Position numbers and translations under genes: made by a program | Assembly (NCBI RefSeq): GCF_000143415.4 | Contig: NW_003314291.1 | Span: 593,316-657,315, forward strand | Length of the DNA stretch: 64,000 nt | Direction of reading: 5' to 3' | DNA from: Selaginella moellendorffii | Taxonomy: Eukaryota > Plantae > Lycopodiophyta | Shown here: positions 1-11,204 of the stretch, piece after piece | Position numbering within the stretch: the stretch's first letter is position 1 | How the letters are laid out: each line of letters starts with the position of its first letter | The notes under the pieces: model-generated | What the model was told of the DNA's origin: nothing | The model's input: only the letters and a program-made list of their open reading frames with translations | Databases searched by the model: none

Positions 1-959
1 TGGCAGAAATTCCATGGTGGAGGCTGCTCAATTCTGGCCGCAGTTCCATGGCAATGCTCGATGCTGGTGCTGCGATGGCAAGGCTCGATTGTAATGTCTG
101 GCCATGCCGCGATGGTGAGGGTCTATTCCAGCCGCCTTGCGATTGGCAATGATCGCTGCTTCCAGCTGTCGTGCGATGGCAATGATCGCTGCTTCCGGCC
201 GTGTTGCGGCTTTCTTGTGTTGGAAGGGCTCGAAATTTATTTGATCAGGCATGCGAGATTTACATGGAGAGAGCATTGGTGCTGCTTCACGCACTTTGTT
301 GGGTGGCACCGTAAATGAATTCCTTGTTTAACAGGTGGTTTTCCAAAAGAATTTTATCGTCTATTTCAGGCAAATGAAGCTGAGCGTATTTGGATGGCAT
401 GCATGCTCTACACCGTGAAGAAGCTGGAGAGGAAAGGAGTTCACGCATTTACGCCGTCACAGGTTCTATGGGTGATTAATCTAAGGTGAGCTTCGTTAGT
501 TTTGTTGATTCTTTTGCCCATACTTTAAACTCGTGAATAGTGATTCTAGTACGCTTCCACAGTTCTTAAGAAATTGGATACCAACTCTGGAGGGTATTTT
601 CAGTGGAGAAGACCAAGAAATTTTGATGGTTCTATCCAGGTGAGAGATTGATTACATTGTCAAATTTCCCGACAGTTTTCCTACAGCCACTACAAAAAGT
701 TTCAGGATTACTCGAGTAATGAAAGGACACGATGGCTGCTCTTTCTGGCTGCCCTCCTTGGGCGGCATCCTAATCTTCTTACGTGTACAAACACTCTTCT
801 GGCCGTCATTGTAAGATGTGGTGCTTTGCAACGCTTGATCTCTGGTAAGCTATTTCCAATTTGTAATTTCCATTGATTTTCTTTTCAGATGGCATAGTCC
901 ACTTCAAGGGATTGCTACCTATCAATTTGAAACTTCTGGAGGTTATGGCATGTGACTGA
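1..959 (+). CDS. 3' part of a hypothetical spliced gene, start outside window
   Basis: GT-AG bounded exons at about 370-485, 550-639, 687-844 and 889-959 splice in frame (ANEAERIWMACMLY...HYKKFQDY...LLEVMACD*). No family recognised. Confidence 0.35.
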
Positions 960-1482
960 AACATAACCGAAGAGGTGGCACACAGGACCAAACTTGTACT
1001 TGAAGAGCTAGAACTGAAAGATGGAACGGAAGAGTTACCTCATGAAAACAAATTATGCGGCATTCCAGACTTTTTTGTGACCCTTGAACACTTTAAATGA
1101 GTTTTTTACCCCTTTCTTCTTTTAGTGTTTTACTCATTATATTTTGCACCAAAGGTTGATGAAGTTTGTTTTTATCACAAAAACCTTTTATATGAATAAT
1201 GTTATCAAATTTCTAGTATAATAGTATTCATTAGTGATTGTTAATGCTTTATAGTGCAAATCCCTCACATGATTCCACTTTACCAAAGTTTACTTTTGTT
1301 ACAAAGATCTTCCAAGTATTTTTTTGTTTTTGTAATTTTTTAGTAGTAGTATTCCATCATATGCTTTATAGCAAGAGTTGTTGTTTTTCTGCAGTGTAAA
1401 GGTGCCCAAAATGACACCCGTTGAATTTCACGTTTTTTGGTGGGGCAAGGCTGTGTATGCCACCAATAGAAAAATGCAGCTT

Positions 1483-4400
1483 TCAATCTTCGCCATCGTT
1501 TCCGAAGTCTCCAAAATCGCCTCCATCGCCTCCATCACCTCCATCGCCCGGCTCGTCCTGCTGTTCGGCCTCACCGAGATCGTAGTGAGACGGAAGCTCC
1601 ATTTCCACTTCCATGGCGTCGCCTTCTTGCACTGGAAGAGGAGGACCATCGGACATTTTCTTTGTGGCTGCTAAGCTCGCCTCGTTAAACAACGCGTGGT
1701 AAGGCTTTTGGACCTGTTGGAAACTTTCTTGTAAGCAAGAACAAAGAACAAAGAGAAAAAAAAGATAAAAATAAACTACCTTAAACATCCTGTTTCGCTG
1801 CTGTGCGTGCTTGATGAGATTTCCCCAGTGCTCGTCTTGCCTCAAAGCAGCCGCGCATCCGACGACCTAGTTAACAAAAAGAACAAAAAAACGGAAATGA
1901 AAGCGAGAGAGAGAGTCTACATACCAGCATTGAAGCTCTTGCTCTCGTTAAACCGACGTTCATTCGGCGAAAGTCGGACACAAAGCCAATGCCTTTGCTC
2001 TTGTTTGCTCGCACACAAGAGAATATAGCTATGTCTTTCTCACGTCCCTGTAAAAGACCAAGTAAATAAACAAAAAACAATATCATCTGCGAGCATGAGA
2101 AATAAGTACCTGGAAACCATCTACAGTGTTGATGTCGATAAGTCGAGCGGCATCCTTTCCCAGAACTTCGGCAAATCGGGTACGTAACGTTGTCACTTGG
2201 TACTTGTAAGGAGAGATCACGGCGACGTGAGGCCCGCCCTTGAGCTCGGGATATAACGCGATAAGATGGCGATACAAGACCAACACAAACTCGGCCTCGT
2301 CACTGTTTATGTAGGAGCCGCTCCCTGGAGGTTGAGTTTCGCGGCCTTCAATGTCAAAGAAAGCGAACGGGCCAAAGCAGCAGTACTCATGCCACGCTCG
2401 AGAAGTTTGCTGCTCCACTTCAGCACCATCCTCCAGAGCTTCTCCGTAGAATTCTTTGGACGGGAAATCTCGAATCTACAATGCTTATATGCGTGAGACA
2501 ATGGCAATGCATAAAGCGGATCGAATGCTTACTTGAGGATGCATGCGATATTGCGTGTTGAGCATTTGCACGGGGTACCCAGCTTTTTGGAAACGTTTAA
2601 ACATACTTGTTCCATATCTGGTCGAGAGAAAAAAAATGTTAAGTGTCATCGAACAGAATGAACTTACCCGTGCTTCACTGCCTCGGTGGACAACACCGTT
2701 GCCGGTAACTGTATTGGATCTCCCACCTGGACTCAGAAATTAACCACAAATAAAGCTATGATGTACAGAAGCACTTACCAGAAACGCTTGCTTGCAACCG
2801 TGAGTTAGAGGTACTAAAGTCGAGGGTTCAACCTGATAAAACATACATTGTTACACGCGGAAAAATCTCGGCTAGCTTACAGCTTGAGCAGCTTCATCAA
2901 TGACGACGACATCAAATCCACGTTTCATCCTCGAAAAAACACTGGAGCCGCTAAAACTTAGAGTCGAACAGACCTGTAAGAGTGTCAGCGAAAAAAAAGA
3001 TCGCGATGAGTTAGCTTTACACACAATTGCAGCTTCCTCAAGGATTGCCAATCGAACACGCTCCCTCTCTCTTCCACCACCCCCTCCTCGAGCACTAGAC
3101 ATTGAGCGGTCGATGCTTTGCAATCTTTGATCAACCTGGAACCACGGCGTGAAATAAATAAATTTTATAAAAAGCTGCGAACACCAACCAAGTGATCCAT
3201 ACAAACGGACTGAACGGAGTGATGCGCATTCAAGCCCATGCGAACAATACTTGGGACATAACTGTCACCATTTTCGTCGCGAATACCTGGAAAGCGTACA
3301 GGAGAACGTAAATTCTATAATTTAGAAAAAGAGTATACCTGTGTACCAGATTTTAACAGTCGCAGTACAATCTCATCCAGAGCAGAGTTTGAAGGTGCAC
3401 ATACGAGAACATGAGCGCGATGCTTACGCGTTGTTCCAACGACTTCGGCTCTCTGCAAAGAAAATTACCATAAGCTTGGATGGAATCATTCAAAACCATT
3501 CTGTTATACAAACTGGTTCGGTGCGCAAGGAAAAAAACCATCGTCACCATCCTCCGGCATAATTAAATCGCGTGGGTTTCCAACACCCAGCCATGGCGAA
3601 GCTTTAAGCCAGTGATCCAGCCTGCAAAGACAATGACCATTCTAGTTTCCTTTCAAGGTGGCTTACTTTTCATGCGAAGACATCTCGGACTTTTGTAGCA
3701 AGCGCAGCGAACCCTCTCTGTGTAAGTAAAATCAGTGGCCTTGCCTTACAAATAGACAAGAAGGGGTACGTACTGAGAAAAGGTTGCCACAGTTGCATGT
3801 AAAATGACGCTGAGGAGCCCAAGAATTGTTTGAGTCTTGCCAGTTCCCGGGGGCCCCTGCAAGGCATTTCGAGTAAGAAAAAGAGAGCAAAGTTCAACGA
3901 CACACAAGTACATACCTGAATCAACACCAAGGGCTGACCACTAAGCCCTGCCTACTTGCCAGATTAGAGCTAAGACTATAAGAATTGCTTGCGAGTACCT
4001 GAATAGCGTTAATCTGTGACTGGTTATGCGTGGTTTGTAAATAGTCTTTAAGTCCACGGGGGATCGTTCGACAGCCAGCGGAGACATCTGATGCGCTCGC
4101 AGAAACGATTGTATCACTGAAGGCTATAGAGCCTAACGAGCACAAGGCAACGTACTCCCTGGATATCGTCGACAAGTTACAAAGCTGGGAGAACAAAGAC
4201 TGTAAGAAAGAAAAGAAAACACTGAATAGTAAGTCAGCTCGCTTGCCTTGCAAATGAACCAACCGGATCCAGACGCCTGCAAAGCCAGTCGCAGTCTCGC
4301 ATCTCTGTCGTTCGAAGAGTCCGATTCCAAGTAAAGCCGAAGCGAGAGAATTTGTAGCCCTTCATGCCCGTCCACCATAGCAAGTGCGTAAGTTTTTGGA

Positions 4401-4977
4401 AGATCAGCACCACCTAAAGGCTGAACGAAAGGTTAAGACCTTCCTAAAGAAGAGAAGGAAATGCTAACCTCTTTCGTGATGAGAATCAACTCATTGTCTG
4501 GGAAAAGTTCGCCTATCTCTGCTCGAACTGCAACCTTGGCAGAGTAAAACTCGTTTACTTTCTCGCAATGCGTGAGCGCTGCGACGTGACACTCAGCCGC
4601 ACCTAAGAGGAGAAGGAAAGAAAAAGAAAAAGAAGCTATAAGCAACACCACAAGAAGAGCGATGAGAAAACTTTTACCTCCATCGTCATCCCCTCTCACG
4701 ATCTGTGCTCGGCATTCCTCGAGAAGAAGGGGCTCAAACACAGCAATGTAGTCTTCCAGGCTCGCAAACGTCTGAGGCACGGTGGGCAGCACTGGCGCCG
4801 ACACGCGATTCTTCCTCTTTTTCGTCTCTGGAGCCTGAAATCAAGAATCCTATGGATTGAATTCCTGCGACGCGGCGACACTACCTTGGATTGAGCTAGC
4901 AGCTGGATGTAATCCCACCGGAGCAAGATCTTCTGGAGCTTGGTGTGATGAGACGCCACAATGGACGCCTTGTCCAT
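1483..4977 (-). CDS. MAA3: Sen1/Upf1-like SF1 helicase, MAGATAMA3 orthologue (multi-exon)
   Basis: Exons give [30 protein letters not shown] (Walker A), [43 protein letters not shown] and an acidic GGDFGD...GED tail, colinear with Arabidopsis MAA3 as I recall it. Confidence 0.9.
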
Positions 4978-5551
4978 CGCGCCAAAAGCCCTAACACTAG
5001 GGTTTAAGATTGGATACTTGGTATATCCTTTCAGGGTTTTTGGCGCGAAGATTGTCTATTGACTTTGGGTTGACTGAATTGACTTTTTGAAATTTTGAGC
5101 ACGTGAGCTGAGTTGGCGATTGAGCTAGACAAGTTGGAACACTAGATTTCCAGATTGTGAAAGAGAGAAGCCAAAGATCTTCACTCTGGAGCTACAAAGC
5201 CACTGGTATCACCATCTTGTTCATCTCGGCAAGCTCCGTTTCTTCTATGCAAGTTCTCTGTTAAGACGATGGAAAAAGAGAGTAACAAAAGAAACGCTGC
5301 TCGAACGATGGAGCTCTTGACATGTCATTGCCCATCACCATTACCATACCATCCAATTAACACGAGGGCACGAGTGGGCGCGCAATTGGCGAGACTGCCA
5401 CTGCTGTGAGATGGACAAGAGTGGGCGCATTATGGAGGAAGCTCTACATGCAGCAAGGATGCCTACACAGAAGGATATCATTGCATGGACGAGTGAAAAA
5501 ATGCTCGAGGGTTAAGGTAGGCAATCTTGCTGCTGCAATTGGTGTCTCCTG

Positions 5552-6454
5552 ATGGAAAGGCCATCATCCATTGTGATGTTTAGGCCTCATAGATCCGGTA
5601 TTCTTTGCGAAGTCCTGTCTGGCAGTGGTGCTGCCCCTGCTCGCTCATCGAGGAGCCAGCAGGGGCCCTTCTCAATATCAAGATCTTGCATTGCGAGCTC
5701 CAGCTCCCCAAAACCCCGATTCATTCAGAACTTGGTGGTGGAGATATATGGCAAGTGTGGCAGCACCCAAGATGCGTCCTTGGTCTTCGAGAGCATGCGA
5801 GAAAGAAATGTGGTGTCTTGGAATGCCATGGTTTCTGCCATGGCCAAGAACAAGCAGCATGCCCAAGCCATCGAAGTCTTCCGGAGAATGCTGCTCGGCC
5901 ATGCTGTGTGGATTTGCCGAGAGAGGACTCGGGAGAGAAGCTCTCCCCTTTTGAGAGAGATGGATCTGGAGGGTATAAAGCCTGACTCGGTGACTTTCAT
6001 TGGAGCGGTGGATGCTTGCGCTAGCCTTCCGTGCCTTACACGAGGAAGAAACATCCACCAAAGAATCGAGAGAATCTATGGGTCTCAACTCGACACAAAC
6101 CTTGGTAACGCACTTGTAAACATGTATGGAAAGTGTGGCAACTTGGTTCTAGCAAGAGAAACGTTCCAGTCGGTGAAAAAAGATCTTGTCCCTTGGAATG
6201 CCATGATCGCCCATAACGGGCATGGCAGTGAAACCGTGGAGCTCTTGCTAGAGTTGAGCTTGGAAGGGATAGAACCCGACCACGTAACTTCGTTGCGAGT
6301 GATTTTTGGTTGTGGCAATGCTGGGCTCTTGGAAGATGGGCTCGAGTACCTGACGAGGATGTGTGATGACTATGGATTGATCCCACAAATGAATCACTAT
6401 GGCTGCATGGTTGATCTACTTGGAAAGGCTGGGTGGCTTTCTCTCCTGGACTGA
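5552..6454 (+). pseudogene. PLS-class pentatricopeptide repeat (PPR) gene fragment
   Basis: Motifs YGKCGS, RNVVSWNAMV, EGIKPDSVTF, LGNALVNMYGKCG, HYGCMVDLLGKAG. Several motifs are internally deleted and the ORF stops before a complete E domain. Confidence 0.75.
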
Positions 6455-6479
6455 TTCTAGCTGCATACTCTTGATCTGA

Positions 6480-7235
6480 TAATCTTTCTTCGCACGCACG
6501 CAAGAGAATATAGCTATGGCTTTCCCTGTAACAAGCATAACACCGTCATCGGCCGGGATGCAAACTAAGTCAAAGTACCTGGAAACCATCCACAGTGTGT
6601 CAGTTCCGTCACTGTTTATGTACGAGCCGCTCCCTGCTTCGCGGCCTTCGATGTCAAAGAAAACGAACAAGAGTACTCATGCCACACTCGCTCGGTCTTC
6701 ACCATCCTCCGTAAAACTCTCTTCTCGAATCTGAAATGCTTATATGCGTGAGACAATGGCAATGCATTGGGCGGATTGGATGCTTACCTGAGGATGCATT
6801 CGATATTGTGTGCTGTACCCAGCTTTTTGGAAACGTTTAAACATGCTTCTTCCATATCTGGTCCATAGAGAGAGCGGGCTGCCACAAAAGCAGCGTTTTG
6901 GCGAAGTGGTCTTTCTTGTTCGCTCGAACACAAGAATATAGCTCCGGCTTTCTCACGTCCCTAAAAGATGAACCGTAATTTACGCACGAAGACGCCAAGT
7001 CTGTGAAGTACCTGAAAGCCATCCACGTCGATAAGTCGAGCAGCCTGGACTTCAGCATAGCAACTCTTCAGCTCCAGATCTTAAGCGATTGGGATGGCGA
7101 TACCCATGCCCGAGCAGTCTGCTGCTCGTAAACTTCTTTCTCGAACCCGTGATGCATGCCTGAGACAATGCAATCTATTGGACAGAACAGATGATGCATT
7201 CGATAATACGTGCTAGTGCGTTGAGCATTTTTCAC
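6480..7235 (-). pseudogene. Two tandem, deletion-riddled copies of the MAA3 3' exons
   Basis: 6489-6863 and 6915-7230 each match 2000-2625 ([47 protein letters not shown]) and keep intron sequence (tgcttatatgcgtgagacaatggcaatgcat). Confidence 0.8.
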
Positions 7236-7902
7236 GAGTCTTCACAGCCTGGTGAAAACAAAAATACGAGGAATGTCACAAAGCCGGGAGATAAACAAGA
7301 AAAACAAACTTGAAAGAAATGAGAGTTCACTTACCTTGGAAAACACACCAGCCGGATCCACAAGAGAGCAAAATCTTCTGGAGCTTCCAAAAGGCAGAAC
7401 ATCACCCAGCAACGGAGCTAGCCTGCAAAATGGAATGACGGTTTTCTTGCGGGAGAATCCACTCGAACGATGCCGCTCTTGTGGATGCTCTACGACTGAG
7501 AAACGCAAGACTGGAGTTACCAGAAACTGTCCGAGGAGGCCGATGTCGAAACTTCTTCGTTTTGTTCCGGGTTTTCGATCGATCTTTACTTGTGTGTTTT
7601 CCGGCGCGATCAAGAACGACACTGGATGGATGCCGCTGGAACGATCAAGATCAACGACGAAGTTGCGGCATACAAGACCTACCTCAGCTTGAATCCTTCG
7701 CGCCCGATGCTCTGCGCCACTAATCCAGCCGTGGAAGAGATTGCGCTCCGAGATGAAGCTGCGGAAGCTCAAGAAATGCCGGATTGCTCGCCCCTTTCGC
7801 TGTGAGAGGATTCACTCAGCGCGTCGCGCTGCGAGCGCTACTATAATACCCTAAAATCGTGAAGCAGCTCTTACAATTATATCGTGACAGAAACAACGAT
7901 AT

Positions 7903-8499
7903 CTAAGCTATGGCACCACGAGTATACGTTCTCAAGAACTTCGAGGAGGCCTCGGCCAGCGCCCCCATCGCCGCCCACATTGCCGCTACATCGCCTCCTA
8001 CTTCCGCCCACATTGCCGCTACATCTCCTCGTCCGAGTTCGTCAGCGTTGCTGCCACCGCCACCGCCGATGCCAGCGTCGCCGCTATCGCCACCGGAAGT
8101 GCTGGCATCGCGGACACCATCGTTGCGAGGGGAAAACCGAGACCGCGTCCTCTGCGATCGAGCCCGACGAAAGGGGTATGCTTTGCGGGAGAGCTCGACG
8201 CCGCTCATCCTCCGAGGATTCTCATTCTCGCCAGCAGCATCATCGCGATTCGCTGATAGAGGCAGCCGTGTTCGAGCCGTTCGAGGCCGCCGAAAGGGTG
8301 CGGCTTTGAGGGAGAGATCGATAGCGCTCATCCGAGGGTTGCCGGCGCGCTCCTCGCGAAGATCATCGCAATTCGCAGCCGCAGGAAGCGGCGCCGCTGG
8401 TCGAGGCTCTCGAGACATCTGCCGGGTCACTGGCCCGCTGCGAAGAAATTCCACGCCCCTCCGCGCCATGAGTCGAGTGTAGCGTCGGCAATCCCCCAT
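7903..8499 (-). CDS. Hypothetical GC-rich, low-complexity ORF with internal duplications
   Basis: About 200 aa ORF with duplicated segments NPRMSAIDLSLKAAPFRR / NPRRMSGVELSRKAYPFRR and GDVAAMWA x2. The opposite strand is also open, so coding status is uncertain. Confidence 0.25.
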   Translation of the reverse strand: MGDCRRYTRLMARRGVEFLRSGPVTRQMSREPRPAAPLPAAANCDDLREERAGNPRMSAIDLSLKAAPFRRPRTARTRLPLSANRDDAAGENENPRRMSGVELSRKAYPFRRARSQRTRSRFSPRNDGVRDASTSGGDSGDAGIGGGGGSNADELGRGDVAAMWAEVGGDVAAMWAAMGALAEASSKFLRTYTRGAIA

Positions 8500-9381
8500 C
8501 TTTCCAAACATACGAAGAAGAAACACAAGATTAAAGGGCTTTTATAGCCGTTGAAAGAAAGTAGAATATTTGCTTTAGAAAACCTTAATGAATATTCCTG
8601 AAACTATTTGGGTTTAGATGTAATCATCATTTTCTCAAACACAATTTACCTTTAAGTTCACCACTTTCCATAGCTAACTAAAAGTAATTGTCAAACACAA
8701 GAGCAACTTCACGATAACTTTGCTTAGCCTTAGATTGTGTGATCCTATAAAAAATCCCTTAACCTCCATCCATATACACTAGAACAAATATATGTATAAT
8801 CATTATTTTAGGAATGTCAAACCTCATTGACTCCAAGGATTATTCTTTCACAAGCTTGCCACATGAGTTATTTCTTGCTATTTTGATTCTTGATGCAAGC
8901 TTCAATAGTTTTGATTCTCGACCAAGTTTCAATGGCTTCCAAAAGGGAAATTGATTTATATTATGCTATAGATCCTCTAGTTGTATAATAAATCTCATGT
9001 GCAATGCATCAGTTGCCCAATACAATAATTTATGTAGCCTTGATGATTAGATTTTGAGCCAGAAAGATTATCAATGTGCTATTATAATTGACAAATGATA
9101 TTTTTTCTAGTAATTATTTAATTATTCATCAAGTCTTAATTTGTATGATAAATTAAGAAATAATTTGCTACACTTTGCATGTAGCAACGCTTGGTTTGCT
9201 TAATAGTAATGTTATTCTTACTTCTTAATCCATTTGATCAAACAAAATTTTATAATTATAAACGTGTTTATAATTTATAAACACAAGATTAATCTTTATC
9301 AACCATTAGATGGTAGAATAAAAAAGAATATACTAGAAAGTGTTTAAGAAAGTTTATAAATTATAAATATTGAATATTTGA

Positions 9382-11055
9382 TCATTTATCTAACAAGTAA
9401 ACGCCCTTTTTTTCCTCAATATACACATCCCAGTTATTGCAATACAGCATAAAGTTACCTGTATTAACAAGTATAGTCGAAGAAAATTAATAATAACAAT
9501 AATAATAACTCACAGTCTATATGCCAGTATTTCTGCTGAATAGCCAAACACTCCTTGTATTTGTCTTCATAAATCAGCTGCAAATAAGAAAATCCGAATA
9601 AAAGTTCGAAAATATAAATATACTTACATCAACCAAGTAGAGAACCATGTCGCTCACATGAACCATCCGAGTTTTGCCAATGTTTTCCAGGCGCGGGTTG
9701 GGAACAACATACTGCCCATTCCAAGCTCGCCCTCGTATTGCCTGGAGCTCCTCGAGTGAGAGCTCCACCATTCTAGATTCCTCCCAGCGAGCATTCTCGC
9801 ACAGGCTCACAAACACACCACAAAACGCCTCTCCAAAGACTTGTGCTGCCGCTCGATACATGAGCTCTTCAGCTTGATCGTTGACGTCTGCATGAAGCTT
9901 GACATGCTCCACGAATGAACTCACGGTGGAGCCGCACAGGTTTTGGAGCTCTGCATGGTCAATCTTGCCTTTCGTGGTTCTTACCCAGGTGTAGAGCAAG
10001 CGTCCCATTGTCTTGCTCACGTCAATAATACACTGATAAGACCATGATTGCCGAGCATCTTGGCTCCGGTGGTGGGCTTGTGAGTGGTTGTCGAGCCAGT
10101 CGTTGATCGCATCGCTATCGCCCAAGTCTGTGTACTTTACCGCCATCACTTCCTACACAGAGAAAAGTATAGGAACTTCGATCAAGATTAACTAGCACAT
10201 ACATACCTTCAACATCTGATGAACAGCAGCTGTGAGATCAATGGACTTGCAATCTATCCTCGTAACAGTGTCAAACCACTTGATGAGTTCCTCGGTCAGC
10301 TCCTCCAGTGGTGGATCCAAAGAGGTGGAGTTCTCTGCAAAGATGAGCAATGCGCTGTGTAGTTTCTCGCGGGTGGAAGGATCTGCGTCTTGTGCTTGCT
10401 TCTCAAGGGTGACCAGCCACTCGATCGATTGCGCGTAAGTCTTGTGCTGGAGCTGAACCAGCAGCCAGAGATGAACAAGATCACACACTGCCTCAGTCAT
10501 GTCAAAGAGCCGAGCCGCGTCTTGGATGATTGTCTGCGGCATGGAAGTGGAGGGGAGTTTCGAGACAGCCTCCACCATGGCTGGATGAAAAAACATCACC
10601 AAGTTAGAAACAACTATCTGCATTAGAGTCAATACATACCTGTGAGTGCTTCTTCAGTCTCATTTGTGTTGATGACGCATTCCTGCAGAAGCGATACTGT
10701 TAGTAACGAACAAAAAAAACATTGAACATATTAGTACCCCATGGTTACGAAACATTTCTTCAACGACTCGAAAGGCAAAGGAAAAGGGTGGCAGGTTCTG
10801 CCCATAGCAATCAGCTGCAAATATTGCGAGCAGCACAACATCAGGTGTGGGCGTTTCAAGGACGTGACGAACAGCCTGATGCCAAATCTTCCACCTCAGA
10901 TCGCAAACTTCGACCTTTCGCTGGGATGTTATGCGATAGAAGGCGAGCGAGTCGGTGTTGAGGTGAAAGTAGGAGAAGAGAGGCCTCACAATGCTCTCCA
11001 CCTGTTTGCCAGCGTCCGTTTGCCTCCAATTGGAAAAAGGGTTCTCCATTGTCAT
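9382..11055 (-). CDS. Hypothetical multi-exon protein, about 450 aa, no recognised family
   Basis: Three long co-oriented ORF blocks (10660-11055, 10192-10632, 9574-10149) with GT-AG junctions, two small final exons (LIYEDKYKECL..., NFMLYCNNWDV...DK*) and a TATA-like tatataa at about 11078-11085. Confidence 0.6.
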
Positions 11056-11204
11056 CTCAGTTTCCCTAGGGGAAAACTTATATAAAACCGAGGAAAGGGA
11101 AAAAGGAATATTTGAAGGAAAAAGAATATATGTTAAACACTGAAATCTCAAAGATAATGTTTTAGCATGAATTTGATTAATACAGGCGTATATCACATTT
11201 GGAT

